From positions 1,376,001-1,440,000 of the forward strand of contig OZ244905.1 in NCBI GenBank assembly GCA_965221695.1: a stretch of 64,000 nt of DNA. Reading direction: 5' to 3'. Every line of letters begins with the position of its first letter. Position 1 is the first letter of the stretch. Made by a program: the position numbers and the translations under genes. Source of the stretch: Gammaproteobacteria bacterium (lineage in GTDB: Bacteria; Pseudomonadota; Gammaproteobacteria; Eutrophobiales; Eutrophobiaceae). Under the pieces are notes generated by a model. That model saw only the letters and a program-made list of their open reading frames with translations, did no database searches and was not told the DNA's origin. Below are positions 39,957 to 50,170 of the stretch, one piece after another.

Positions 39957-40130
39957 ATGGGACGCCATACCGGACACATTGATGAAGCCTTGCGTCAGGT
40001 AGGAGTCCTGTTAACGGCCACCGGGGTACTTACCTGTGCGCTGGAACCGTCCCAAATTACGGCTGGCGGACTCGTCAGCCTGGTGGGTTTGCTGTTGATC
40101 TGGGCGGCAAGCCCGGAGGAGAAAGACTGA
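39957..40130 (+). CDS. Hypothetical 57 aa two-TM peptide (below the ORF-track cutoff)
   Basis: Manual translation MGRHTGHIDEALRQVGVLLTATGVLTCALEPSQITAGGLVSLVGLLLIWAASPEEKD*. Confidence 0.5.
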   Translation: MGRHTGHIDEALRQVGVLLTATGVLTCALEPSQITAGGLVSLVGLLLIWAASPEEKD

Positions 40131-40226
40131 ATGAATACAAGCGTTGTTCTGGTCGCGGTGATGGTGCTCGTGTGCGGACTGATCATGTTGTGGGCAGCCC
40201 GCAAGACGCGCCGGGACTCAGACTAG
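40131..40226 (+). CDS. Hypothetical 31 aa single-TM peptide
   Basis: MNTSVVLVAVMVLVCGLIMLWAARKTRRDSD*; ATG directly follows the upstream TGA, with GGAGGA upstream. Confidence 0.5.
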   Translation: MNTSVVLVAVMVLVCGLIMLWAARKTRRDSD

Positions 40227-40548
40227 CCCCCCAGCTTGCGCGCAACCAGGTTCACCCTGGGCGAGGTTAATTTTGCGTGCGTGAAGCCCCACCACTGACA
40301 CCGAAAACCGCCCGGTTCCGGATCTCACCAATACTTGCCCATTGTCTAACCCGCATTTCTCACCAAGTCGCTTGCTGCCAACGGAAATATGATTGCTTTC
40401 AAAAGCTTATGATAATATTCCACTTGTATCGTCATTACACAACGCGCTAGATGCGCCCTAGCTGAGCGTATATCCGACCAGGTCTTGTCTGGTCTCAGAA
40501 AAATTTATCGCCTCTTCCAGTCCTGTTTTGATACTGTTGTACTCTGTT

Positions 40549-41493
40549 ATGAAACAAATCGTAATATTTTCCGAAAACGACGGTTGGCATGAGCAGCGCC
40601 TGGCCGATGCATTCAAGCGTTATCGCGCGCGTGTGGGGGTCGTATCCCTGAGAGAATGCCGGATTGATTTTGAACAGGCCACATCGGGTATCAGCATTCC
40701 GGGGTTTGCCGGTGCGCTGCCGGATGCGGCTTTCGTGCGCGCGGTTGCCGCGGGGAGTTTTGAGCAGGTGACCTTCAGGCTGGACCTGCTGCATGCGCTC
40801 AAAGCCTGCGGTGTTGTCGTGTATAACGATGCAGTCAGCATAGAGCGGACCGTGGACAAGGCCATGACCAGTTTCCTGCTGGCAAAAAACCGCATCCCGC
40901 ACCCGCCGCTGTGGGTGTGTGAAACCGCCGAAGCCGCCCATGCAGTGATCCAAGCGCAACTGGACAAAGGTCATGCGCTGGTGCAGAAACCGCTGTTCGG
41001 GAATTGCGGGCGTGGCCTGCAATTGATCGATTCAAAGCAATACCAGTTGGACGGCGACCTGATCAACGGCGTTTATTACCTGCAACAGTTTATCGATCAG
41101 GACGACCGCAATGGTCGGGACTGGCGGGTATTTGTGATTAATCATAACGCGGTTGCCGCGATGGAACGCATCTCAGACCACTGGGTCACGAACCGCGCCC
41201 GCGGCGGGGAGTGCCTGCCGGCCACTCTCACCCCGGCGTTACGGGAACTGGCGGAAGCCGCCTCCAGGGCAACCGGCATCTGTTACGGCGGCGTGGATAT
41301 CATCCGCGACCGGCACGGCGCGTTCCTGGTACTGGAGGTAAACAGCGTGCCGGCATGGCGCGGCCTGCAATCTGTGTGTTCGACTGATATTGCAAATTTA
41401 CTGGTTTACGACATACTCGATAAGCTGGAGGAACCGGAAGTTATAAACAATCCGGTGACAGCGTCGCATCGCCTGGTTGGGAATACCGGTTAA
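40549..41493 (+). CDS. RimK-family ATP-grasp glutamate ligase, Orf5-like (H4MPT/methylofuran pathway associated)
   Basis: GWH, GSFEQVTFRLDLLHAL, IERTVDKAMTSFLL, KPLFG, YYLQQF, DWRVFV, LEVNSVPAW.GLQ. Confidence 0.8.
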   Translation: MKQIVIFSENDGWHEQRLADAFKRYRARVGVVSLRECRIDFEQATSGISIPGFAGALPDAAFVRAVAAGSFEQVTFRLDLLHALKACGVVVYNDAVSIERTVDKAMTSFLLAKNRIPHPPLWVCETAEAAHAVIQAQLDKGHALVQKPLFGNCGRGLQLIDSKQYQLDGDLINGVYYLQQFIDQDDRNGRDWRVFVINHNAVAAMERISDHWVTNRARGGECLPATLTPALRELAEAASRATGICYGGVDIIRDRHGAFLVLEVNSVPAWRGLQSVCSTDIANLLVYDILDKLEEPEVINNPVTASHRLVGNTG

Positions 41494-41533
41494 AACTCAG
41501 TGATAAATTATGATCAGGCAGCCCGCGTACTCA

Positions 41534-44500
41534 TTAATCCGATAAAGTCTGTGCAGCGATTGCACGGTCAGAACGCCCGGTCAGCGCCTTGCGCAGGTCG
41601 AATACCAGGCTCAGCATCGCGGGAACGATGAACAGCGTGAATACGGTGGAAACCAGCAGTCCACCGACTACCACGCCGCCTATGCCCCGGTACAACTCCG
41701 AACCGGCGCCCGGCGCCAGGATCAGCGGCAGCATCGCGAACGTGGAGGTGCCGGCGCTCATGAAAATGGGGCGGATGCGGCTGTGTACCGCCTCCCTGAT
41801 GGCGGCGTGGACTTCCATGCCCTCTTTCCTGATATAGTTCAATGACTGGTGCACGATCAGGATAGGGTTGTTGACCACCGTGCCCAGCAGGATAATAAAG
41901 CCCAGCATGGTCAGTACATCCAGGGGCTGGTAGGCTATGGCCGCGTTGACTGCAGCCAGACCGAGGAAACCACCCAGCGCTGCCAGGGGTACGCTGAACA
42001 TGATCACGAACGGATACAGGAAGCTCTCGAACAGAGCGGACATGAGCAGGAAGGTAATGATCAGCGCCAGGATCAGGTTCCATTTCAACGCGTCACCCGC
42101 CGCTACCAGTTTATCGGCGCTGCCGGTTAATTCTATCCGATAAAGCCCGCCGAGGTCGTCGCGCGCGCGCATGGGTTCGACGATTTCTGATTGGATGATC
42201 TCCATCGCGGCTTCTGTGGGCATCTCATCTTCCGGCACGATACGGATGGTAATGGTACGCTCCCGTTCCCGGTGGTTGACCTGGATCGGCCCGTAGGTGA
42301 GTGCGATATCGGCGATGGAACCCAAGGTCACCAGGCGGCCGGCCGGGGTGGCTACAGGCAGTTGTTCCAGAGTATGGGTATTGTAGACAACACCTTCTTC
42401 CGCTTTCAGGCGGATATCGATTTCCTTGCCCTCATGCTGGTAGTCACTGGCCTTTACGCCGTCCACCAGGGCGTCCACCGAGAAACCCAGGTCGCGGTTG
42501 CTGATTCCCAGTTCCGCAGTGCGGCGCCGGTCCGGCTTAACCTGCATTTCCGGGTTGCCCAGGTCCAGGCCGGGGATGGGAAAGGTCTGCGCGCCAGGCA
42601 TCACCTCGGTAGCCATTGCAAAGATTTCTCCGCCCAGCGCGATAAGCCGTTCCAGGTCCGGTCCCTTGATCTCCACATCGATGGAACGTCCTTCACCACT
42701 TTCGTCTTCAAATATGCTCCATTTCTGTAAAATCGCTATGGCCCCGGGGACCGCAGTCATGGTCTGCCGGAAAATGGGGATCAACTCGCTGGTGCGCAAC
42801 GGATCATTGGGTTTAATGCCCATGAATATTATTTCACCTTCGAACCCGAAAAAGAACGTATCTAGCCCGCCGCCGGGCAGTTCCTCCGCTTCCGGCGTAT
42901 CCGCAGGATGGGACATGAGAAAATCCATTGCGCCCGCGAACTCGTTGTGAATCGAGCCCCGCTCCGCCACGGTGTAACCCGGCGGCGGCAGCATGAGGCC
43001 GAACAGGAAATCAGTGTTTCCGCTGGGCAGGTATTCTGTTTTCGGTTTTATCAGGATGCTGATACCCGTTGCCAGCACAACCACCACGCCGACGATCACC
43101 AGGCGGCGCAGCATCGATTCATTTATCCAGTAAGACAGCGACGCGATCCCGTCTCTTAACCTGGCCGCCAGGGACACACCGCCCCACAGGCTCCGAAAGC
43201 CGCCGCTACTGCCGGAACCGGCCGCCTGGAGCATGCGTGCCGACATGGTGGGTATCACGGTAATCGCGATGACCAGGCTCAGGCCCACGGCGCAACTGAC
43301 GGCCACTGCGATATCGGCAAACAACTGGCCGATTTCCTCTTCGATCAGCAGCACCGGCGCAAACACGGCGATGGTGGTCAATGTACTTGCGAGCACCGCG
43401 CCCCACACTTCGGTGACGCCGTCGTAAGCCGCACTGAAGATTGGCTTACCCATTTGCCTGTGCCGGTAGATATTCTCCAGGACGACGATGGAATTATCCA
43501 CTACCATACCGGTCGCAAATGCCATACCGGCGAGGCTGATCACGTTGATGGTCCTGTTGAACAAGCCCATCATCAGGAACGTGCCAATGATACTGATGGG
43601 GATGGTGAGCGCGGCGATAAAAGTGCTGCCGACATTGCGCAGGAAAACCAACAGCACCAGGATCGCGAGTGAGCCGCCGATAATCAGGTTATTTCGCACC
43701 AATTCTATCGCGCTGTTGATATACCCGGTTTGGTCCCAGGCATGAACCAGTTTCAGACCCATCGGATTCAGCAGTTCCCTGTTTACCTTTTCCACCCCTT
43801 CATTTACCTGGTCCATGATATCCAGTTCATTGGCGCCAATCTGACGTTGAATGTTCATCGCCAGCGTCCTGTGATTATGAACGAATATCGCTCCCCGGGG
43901 TTTTTCATGGGCAAGTTCCACCCGGGCCACATCGCGCAGGTACACGGGAACATCGTTACGCCTGGCGATCACGATGTTTTCCAGTTCTTCCGGTGACCGG
44001 TATTCGCCGACGGTGCGCACGATATAGCGGCGCTTGCCCTCATCGAAATCACCCCCGCTGAAATTGCGGTTTTCCCGCTCTATGGCATCAGCAAGTTCCA
44101 CCAGCGTAACCTGGCGCAGCGCCAGCCGCGCCGGATCGGCAATAACGTGAACTTCGGCTTCTCGGCCACCATAGACGTTCACTTTGGATACGCCTTCCAC
44201 CCGTTCCAGTTGCGGTATCACGTAATCGTCAAAAAAGTCATACAACGTGGAAAGATCTTTGCCCGAGCCGTTTTCCGCCATGGTTTCGAGATGAAACCAG
44301 GCTATTGCTCCCGAGACGCCGGCCTGCCCTGTTATGATCGGTTTCTCCACGTTGGCGGGATAATCCTCCACCTGGTCCAGGCGGTTCGATACCTTGAGCC
44401 TGGCTGCATCCTTATCGGCGCCGACCTGGAAACGCAGTGTTATCACACCCTGGCTGTCCTGGCTTTCGCTGCGCATCCTGACCAGACCTTCCAGGGATTT

Positions 44501-44713
44501 CAGCTCTTCCTCCTGTTCGTCGATGATATCCCGCTCCACCTCCAGCGGACTGGCGCCGGGCCAGATGGTGGTCACCGTGATCTCGGGCTTGGTCACTTCC
44601 GGGGCCAGTTGCACCGGCATATTCAATAACGCGACAATACCGAACAACACCAGGAAGATGACGCCGACCGCGGTGGTGACCGGATGGCGGATGCAGGATT
44701 GTATGAAGTTCAT
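41534..44713 (-). CDS. RND efflux permease (AcrB family)
   Basis: 1059 aa, GMVVDNSIVVLENI, GTVVNNPIL, RIRPIFMS. Confidence 0.93.
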   Translation of the reverse strand: MNFIQSCIRHPVTTAVGVIFLVLFGIVALLNMPVQLAPEVTKPEITVTTIWPGASPLEVERDIIDEQEEELKSLEGLVRMRSESQDSQGVITLRFQVGADKDAARLKVSNRLDQVEDYPANVEKPIITGQAGVSGAIAWFHLETMAENGSGKDLSTLYDFFDDYVIPQLERVEGVSKVNVYGGREAEVHVIADPARLALRQVTLVELADAIERENRNFSGGDFDEGKRRYIVRTVGEYRSPEELENIVIARRNDVPVYLRDVARVELAHEKPRGAIFVHNHRTLAMNIQRQIGANELDIMDQVNEGVEKVNRELLNPMGLKLVHAWDQTGYINSAIELVRNNLIIGGSLAILVLLVFLRNVGSTFIAALTIPISIIGTFLMMGLFNRTINVISLAGMAFATGMVVDNSIVVLENIYRHRQMGKPIFSAAYDGVTEVWGAVLASTLTTIAVFAPVLLIEEEIGQLFADIAVAVSCAVGLSLVIAITVIPTMSARMLQAAGSGSSGGFRSLWGGVSLAARLRDGIASLSYWINESMLRRLVIVGVVVVLATGISILIKPKTEYLPSGNTDFLFGLMLPPPGYTVAERGSIHNEFAGAMDFLMSHPADTPEAEELPGGGLDTFFFGFEGEIIFMGIKPNDPLRTSELIPIFRQTMTAVPGAIAILQKWSIFEDESGEGRSIDVEIKGPDLERLIALGGEIFAMATEVMPGAQTFPIPGLDLGNPEMQVKPDRRRTAELGISNRDLGFSVDALVDGVKASDYQHEGKEIDIRLKAEEGVVYNTHTLEQLPVATPAGRLVTLGSIADIALTYGPIQVNHRERERTITIRIVPEDEMPTEAAMEIIQSEIVEPMRARDDLGGLYRIELTGSADKLVAAGDALKWNLILALIITFLLMSALFESFLYPFVIMFSVPLAALGGFLGLAAVNAAIAYQPLDVLTMLGFIILLGTVVNNPILIVHQSLNYIRKEGMEVHAAIREAVHSRIRPIFMSAGTSTFAMLPLILAPGAGSELYRGIGGVVVGGLLVSTVFTLFIVPAMLSLVFDLRKALTGRSDRAIAAQTLSD

Positions 44714-45816
44714 GGAACCGGGTACGTCAGCGGCTCCGCCTGCACGGGCTGCCCCGGAAACAATCTCTCATTGCCGCGCGTGATCACCTTGTCTCCCGGG
44801 GAGATACCGCCGTTTACCACCGTCCATACGCCCAGCGCATCACCAACCGTTACCGGCGCAGGAACAGCGCTGCCCTGGTTCACGAGGTATACCACCGTGC
44901 TGTTACCCTGCCTGACAATGGCATCCTTGGGCACGAGAGTGCCGGGGCTGGAATTGCCCAGTTGAAATGCGACCCGCGCAATCATACCGGCGCCGATCTC
45001 ACTTCCCGGTTCGGTAAGTCGGAGTTTCACCGGGAAAGTGCGCGCCTGAATATCCGCCTGGGGGATCACGGCGCGTACATAGGCCGCATAGTCGCGGCCG
45101 GGGACGGAGTCAAACCGGACTGTTACCTTGGCGCCGGTCTTCAGTTGGCTGAAATATCTCTCCGGCACATCCACGTGAACTTCCTGTATGTCCGTGGACA
45201 TCACCTCCAACAGCCTGGCGCCGGCGTCACTCCATTGTCCCACCTCGGTATGGCGGGCAATGATCACGCCGTTGAACGGCGCCCGAATCGTACTGCGTTC
45301 AATGTCGTGCCGGATCGCGGCCGCCTCTGCGCGTAAAGTCTCAATCCGGCCCTCCCAGGCATCGAATTCATAACGGGCTTCATCCAGTTGCTGGCGCGAG
45401 ATAGCATTGCTCTCTGCCAAGCCCCTGTATCGTACCAGGCTGGTTTCAGCCAGTTTACTGCGCGCCAGCGCCTCGATCAGGCGCGCTTCGGCGGCCTGCA
45501 AACGTAATTCCAGCGGCGTAGTACGTAACATCACCAGGGGTTGGCCGGCGGTAACCCGGTCTCCCTCGCGCACCTTGAGTTCGGTTACCAGTCCGCCTAT
45601 CTCACCGGCCAGCACACTGACGTTGGGCGCTTCCAGGTATCCCGGCAACTGTACGGACTGCCGCACCAGTTTACTGATCGCTTCCGTGTACCTGACCGGG
45701 CTTGCCTGCTGCGCGTTGTCCTGGGCGAATGACATCGTGGCAAAACAGACCGCGAGTAGCAGTCCGGCTATCGCGCCAGTACGCTTGGGGCAAGACGATA
45801 ATGTTTGCATACTCAT
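44710..45816 (-). CDS. RND periplasmic adaptor (membrane fusion protein)
   Basis: VREGDRV, IRAPFNG, RTFPVK, LVPKDA, RGNERL. Confidence 0.9.
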   Translation of the reverse strand: MSMQTLSSCPKRTGAIAGLLLAVCFATMSFAQDNAQQASPVRYTEAISKLVRQSVQLPGYLEAPNVSVLAGEIGGLVTELKVREGDRVTAGQPLVMLRTTPLELRLQAAEARLIEALARSKLAETSLVRYRGLAESNAISRQQLDEARYEFDAWEGRIETLRAEAAAIRHDIERSTIRAPFNGVIIARHTEVGQWSDAGARLLEVMSTDIQEVHVDVPERYFSQLKTGAKVTVRFDSVPGRDYAAYVRAVIPQADIQARTFPVKLRLTEPGSEIGAGMIARVAFQLGNSSPGTLVPKDAIVRQGNSTVVYLVNQGSAVPAPVTVGDALGVWTVVNGGISPGDKVITRGNERLFPGQPVQAEPLTYPVP

Positions 45817-45971
45817 AGCGTTATATGACTTCTTGTTCTTGCGGGCAACACCTGATACGGCCTCGCTGGTCAGTTATTCGCAAGCATGCGCCACATAGAC
45901 GGATAAAGCGCTATTCTCCGTGCAAAACGTGACTGAGGATACGACTGATCAGGCAATCCGGTTAGCTGCCA

Positions 45972-46457
45972 TCAGGTAACTTCGTTAAGGCGCCCGGTGG
46001 CGCAGTCGTAGACGAACCCGCGAATTTGATCTTTGTAAAGAATGAACGGATTGGCCTGGATGCGAGCTATGGACTGGCGCACATTCTGTTCCAGGTCTTT
46101 GAATGCCTCCATCGCAAACGCGGGGCGGAGGCCGGTATCAGCCTCAATGCTGTCCTTGAGGTCATCGTCACGAAAGGTCAGCATCCCACAGTCCGTGTGT
46201 TGGATCAATACGATTGCCCGGGTATCCAACAAGCGTTGGGAGATGGTCAACGAGCGAATCACGTCTTCGCTCACTACCCCGCCGGCATTGCTTATCACGT
46301 GTGCGTCACCTTCCTGGAGACCCAGGGCTTTGTGCGGGTCCAGACGGGCATCCATACATGCCACCACAGCGAGTTTCCGCCCGGGCAATTTAGGCAGATC
46401 GCCTTTGTCAAAACCCTCCGCGTAGCGGGTGTTATTTTGGAGAAGTTCGTCTATCAT
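45972..46457 (-). CDS. Beta-class carbonic anhydrase (clade D / Cab type)
   Basis: CMDAR, NAGG and HTDCGM Zn ligands, GFVYD..TG.L. Confidence 0.9.
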   Translation of the reverse strand: MIDELLQNNTRYAEGFDKGDLPKLPGRKLAVVACMDARLDPHKALGLQEGDAHVISNAGGVVSEDVIRSLTISQRLLDTRAIVLIQHTDCGMLTFRDDDLKDSIEADTGLRPAFAMEAFKDLEQNVRQSIARIQANPFILYKDQIRGFVYDCATGRLNEVT

Positions 46458-46530
46458 GGTTATCACCAGTTAGTGTTGCGCTGGTTTTTACCCGGCACAG
46501 GTTACCACAATCGGCAATAGAAAAGGAGAA

Positions 46531-47334
46531 TTACGCTGACCCCAGACGCTCCAGGACTTCGTCGTGCAGCCGCGGGCCGGACGCGGCAACGACCAGCCCA
46601 CCATCTAGCGCGGTCTTGCCCTGCCAGTCGGTAATGACGCCGCCTGCGCCTTCCACGATGGGGATCAACGGCATGATGTCATAGGCTGACAGCCCGCCTT
46701 CGATCACCAGGTCCACGTAACCGCTTGCCAGCATCCCGTAGCCCAGGCATTCCGTTCCATAACGTGAAAAACGGCAGCCGGCGGCTACGCTCATGAACTT
46801 TTCACGGGTTTCGTCGGTCGGGTACATGGCCGGATGGGTACAACACAGGACGGCATCTGCGAGGCTCACAGGGTCACGTACCTTGATACGCGATCGCTGT
46901 TGCCCGCGCAGGAAGTATGCGATGTTGCCATCGCCCAACCAGGTTTCCCCGGTGTAGGGCTGGCGCATCGCGCCGGCAAGGCATTGAGCGTCCTGTTTCA
47001 ACCCCACCAGAACCCCCCACATGGGTGTGCCGGAAATAAACCCGCGGGTACCGTCGATGGGGTCGATCAGCCAGGTAAATGCGTCACTACCCTGTTGTGT
47101 GCCAAATTCCTCGCCGATGATGCTATGGCCGGGATATTCGGCGGCGATGCGCGCGCGGATGAATGCCTCGGTTTCTTTGTCTGCCCGGGTGACCGGATCG
47201 AAAGACTCCCCCTTCTGACGCTTGTCGGTCACCTCAATGCCGCTGCGAAAATATTTCAGTGGAATCTCACCGGCCTGTTCTACCAGGTCTTCCAGGAAAA
47301 GCAGGTAGTCAGAAAATGCGCGCTCGTTACTCAC
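46531..47334 (-). CDS. Inositol monophosphatase family, HisN-like histidinol-phosphatase
   Basis: FDPVTRAD, GEE, WLIDPIDGTRGF, YDIMPLIPIVEGAGG; GTG start at 47334. Confidence 0.85.
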   Translation of the reverse strand: MSNERAFSDYLLFLEDLVEQAGEIPLKYFRSGIEVTDKRQKGESFDPVTRADKETEAFIRARIAAEYPGHSIIGEEFGTQQGSDAFTWLIDPIDGTRGFISGTPMWGVLVGLKQDAQCLAGAMRQPYTGETWLGDGNIAYFLRGQQRSRIKVRDPVSLADAVLCCTHPAMYPTDETREKFMSVAAGCRFSRYGTECLGYGMLASGYVDLVIEGGLSAYDIMPLIPIVEGAGGVITDWQGKTALDGGLVVAASGPRLHDEVLERLGSA

Positions 47335-48712
47335 CCGCTTCACCTCGGAGATTGCCTCGCTTGAGGGAAAAATAAACACCAATGAAACAAAGCGTCGCGG
47401 CGACGAAAAAACTGGCGTTGATGCTGGCAAGCAACGGACCGTGCTGCTCCTCCGAGAACTGCACCGGCCCGAGCATCAGCGCGAAGACCAGGGTCACGAT
47501 TCCCATACTGAACATCTGCCCGATGATACGCATGGTGGAAACGGTTCCGGAGGCCGCGCCGAGGTATTTGCTGTCAACGGAACTCAGGATGGCGTTGGTA
47601 TTCGGTGAGGCAAACAGGGAAAACCCCAGACCCACAAGCATCAGCGTGGTAACGACGAACACGGTCGGCGTCTGCGGTCCTGCCGCGGCCAGCAGGGCCA
47701 GGCCTGTTGCAGTAAGACCCATCCCCGAAGAGGCAATCAGACGCGGCTCATGCCGATCCGACATTCTGCCGGCCAGCGGAGAAAACAAGGTCATGACCAG
47801 CGGCTGGGAGATCATCACAAGGCCGGCAAACTGCGGGCTGAATCCCCTGATATTCTGCAGGTACAGGCTCATCAGAAACGTCGTGGAGAACGTCGCGGAA
47901 TACATGATCAGCGCGGCGGCGCAGGAGTAGGAAAGCACGGGGTTGCCGGAAAACAGGTTAACGTTGAACAGCGGGTATTGCAGACGCTTTTCGTACCTGA
48001 AGAACACAGCGAAACCGATACCGCTGAGCAGAATCAGGGCGAATCCGGATAGCGCAGGCAAAACCGAGAACCCGTACATCAGCGCAATTACGGCAATGCC
48101 GTAGATCAGTGCGCCGGGGAGGTCGAATTTCTGGCCCGCAGGCCCGCGCCACTCTCCCTTTAAGTTAAACAGTCCTAAGATAATGACCAGCACGACAACC
48201 GGGATATGGAACACGAATACCGCGCGCCAGCCGAACTCCTGGGTGACCCAGCCGCCGATAAAAGGCCCGCAGGTAAGCCCAAGGTAAACCGCAGACACGG
48301 ACAACCCCAGGACTTTTCCGCGCTTCTCCGGCGGATAAACGGACGACAGTATCGCGATGCCGGTACCGAACAGCATTGCCGCGCCCATGCCCTGTAATGC
48401 CCGGCACAGGATCAGCATCACCGGCGATAATGCAAATGACGCAAGAATTGATGCAATAGTCACCGTCGTCATGCCGGACAGGAACATTTTCTTGCGCCCG
48501 TACATATCGCCAAGCCGCCCGAACGGCAACAGGAAAACACCACTGGACAGCAGGTATGCCAGGGGTACCCAGCTTGCGGTAATCGCGTCCATTTCCAACC
48601 CGCGGGCGATGGTTGGAATGGCCACATTAACGGCCGACAGCATCAAAGGGGTGATAAAAGCGCCCAGGCAAACGATGGTGAGCGCTGTTCTCCGGAGAGT
48701 TTTTTCAGACAT
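47327..48712 (-). CDS. MFS transporter, DHA2 (14-TM) type
   Basis: GRLGDMYGRK, GPFIGGW....GWR, FDLPG, AGRMSDR. Confidence 0.9.
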   Translation of the reverse strand: MSEKTLRRTALTIVCLGAFITPLMLSAVNVAIPTIARGLEMDAITASWVPLAYLLSSGVFLLPFGRLGDMYGRKKMFLSGMTTVTIASILASFALSPVMLILCRALQGMGAAMLFGTGIAILSSVYPPEKRGKVLGLSVSAVYLGLTCGPFIGGWVTQEFGWRAVFVFHIPVVVLVIILGLFNLKGEWRGPAGQKFDLPGALIYGIAVIALMYGFSVLPALSGFALILLSGIGFAVFFRYEKRLQYPLFNVNLFSGNPVLSYSCAAALIMYSATFSTTFLMSLYLQNIRGFSPQFAGLVMISQPLVMTLFSPLAGRMSDRHEPRLIASSGMGLTATGLALLAAAGPQTPTVFVVTTLMLVGLGFSLFASPNTNAILSSVDSKYLGAASGTVSTMRIIGQMFSMGIVTLVFALMLGPVQFSEEQHGPLLASINASFFVAATLCFIGVYFSLKRGNLRGEAGE

Positions 48713-50130
48713 CAGGATATAAGGGAGTTCAACGCCGGCCTCGGCAGAAACTCTGTCTTGTCCTGCAGGGCTTTGCCGATAGCCAGCAGTCTGCGGTCAG
48801 ACCCGGCCGGTCCTTCCAGGCAAATACCGGCGGGTAGGCCATTGGCAGCGAGGCCCGCGGGCACGCACAGGCTGGGTATGCCTGCATTGCTGGAAGGATC
48901 GGTATTGCGGATGATGGTCCCCATGGTCGGATGTTGTGAACCGTTCAGGGTAACGGTCTCGTCATCACCTATCGGGGGAGCGGTCATCGGTGTCGCAGGG
49001 ATAACCAGTGCGTCCAGATCGTGGCGCTTGAAACAGTCTGAAAACAGTGCCTGCAACTGCGGCCGGCAGTTCTGCGCCGCGTTATCGTAGACCGCTTCGC
49101 TGATGGCGCCGGATACGACTGCGGTATACGCCTTTTGCACATCCGGGCTGGCTATCCGGGCCAGCACCTCTTCGATGGAGACGCCGGGCACATAATCATT
49201 AAGGTAGCGTATCATGTCATGTTTTGCTTCGTACAGCACGACCGGGAAACTCACCTTCTCGTTGAGATCGGCCACGCCGTCAAGGTCTACTTCCACCAGG
49301 GCTTTGCAGGATGCGGCCAGCATCTCCAGCGTGGACTCGATAACATCCGCCACACCCGCTTCCAGGTTCTGATAATAATAGGCGCGCGGCACACCCAGCC
49401 TGACATCTGCCAGCTTGATCTGTTCGGCAGGCGCCGGGTCGGCGGCCATCACCCGATCCAGCAACTGCAAATCTTCAACCGCCCCGGCCATCGGCCCCGG
49501 TGTGTCGCGGGTCGAAGAGATAGGGATGATACCTGCGCCGGGGTAACGGCCGACACTGGGTCTGAAGCCGCAGATGCCACAGAACGCGGCCGGCAAACGC
49601 GTTGATCCGCCCGTGTCCGTGCCCAGTCCGGCGGGCAGTATCCCCGCGGCAATCGCCACTGCAGTGCCGCCGCTGCTGCCGCCCGGTATCAGGTCAGGGT
49701 TGTACGGATTGCGCGCCGGGCCGAACGTGGGGTTGTTATTGGTAATGCCGAACGCGAGTTCGTGCATGTTGGATTTGCCGAAGATGACGGCGCCGGCGTC
49801 CAGCAAACGCTGGGCAACCGGCGCGTTCGCTGGCGGAACATGCCCTCTCAACGCCGGAGTGCAACCTGACGTGGGCAGGTCCGCGCTGTTGATATTGTCT
49901 TTCAGCAGCAGCGGTGCGCCCAGTAATTCCGGATTGCCATCGTCTCGCGGTTGCCGGTCCCGTTGCGCAGCGGCAGCCAGCAAGCGCGGTTCATCCAGGG
50001 CTACGACCGCATTCAGGCGCGCCACCTCCCTGTTACGTTCCAGCATGGCCTGCACATACTCGACCGCGCTGAACTCTCCGGCCTGCATAAACTCAAGAGC
50101 CTCAACAAGCGTCAAGTCAAGGATATTCAC
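48712..50130 (-). CDS. Amidase signature enzyme, IaaH/mandelamidase-like
   Basis: KDNI, GGSSGG, GTDTGGSTR (Ser-cisSer-Lys triad), IRNTDPSSNAGIPSL. Confidence 0.88.
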   Translation of the reverse strand: MNILDLTLVEALEFMQAGEFSAVEYVQAMLERNREVARLNAVVALDEPRLLAAAAQRDRQPRDDGNPELLGAPLLLKDNINSADLPTSGCTPALRGHVPPANAPVAQRLLDAGAVIFGKSNMHELAFGITNNNPTFGPARNPYNPDLIPGGSSGGTAVAIAAGILPAGLGTDTGGSTRLPAAFCGICGFRPSVGRYPGAGIIPISSTRDTPGPMAGAVEDLQLLDRVMAADPAPAEQIKLADVRLGVPRAYYYQNLEAGVADVIESTLEMLAASCKALVEVDLDGVADLNEKVSFPVVLYEAKHDMIRYLNDYVPGVSIEEVLARIASPDVQKAYTAVVSGAISEAVYDNAAQNCRPQLQALFSDCFKRHDLDALVIPATPMTAPPIGDDETVTLNGSQHPTMGTIIRNTDPSSNAGIPSLCVPAGLAANGLPAGICLEGPAGSDRRLLAIGKALQDKTEFLPRPALNSLIS

Positions 50131-50170
50131 AACATTTCCTCGGCTCTATTTCGTCCCTGCTTGCAGATAT

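Noticed and set aside
39709-40204. Track ORFs 39709-40002 (+) and 39995-40204 (-)
   Set aside because: No motifs or RBS; the two short + strand membrane ORFs explain the region better.
41534-45816. RND pump without an outer-membrane factor
   Set aside because: Sharing a TolC encoded elsewhere is routine.
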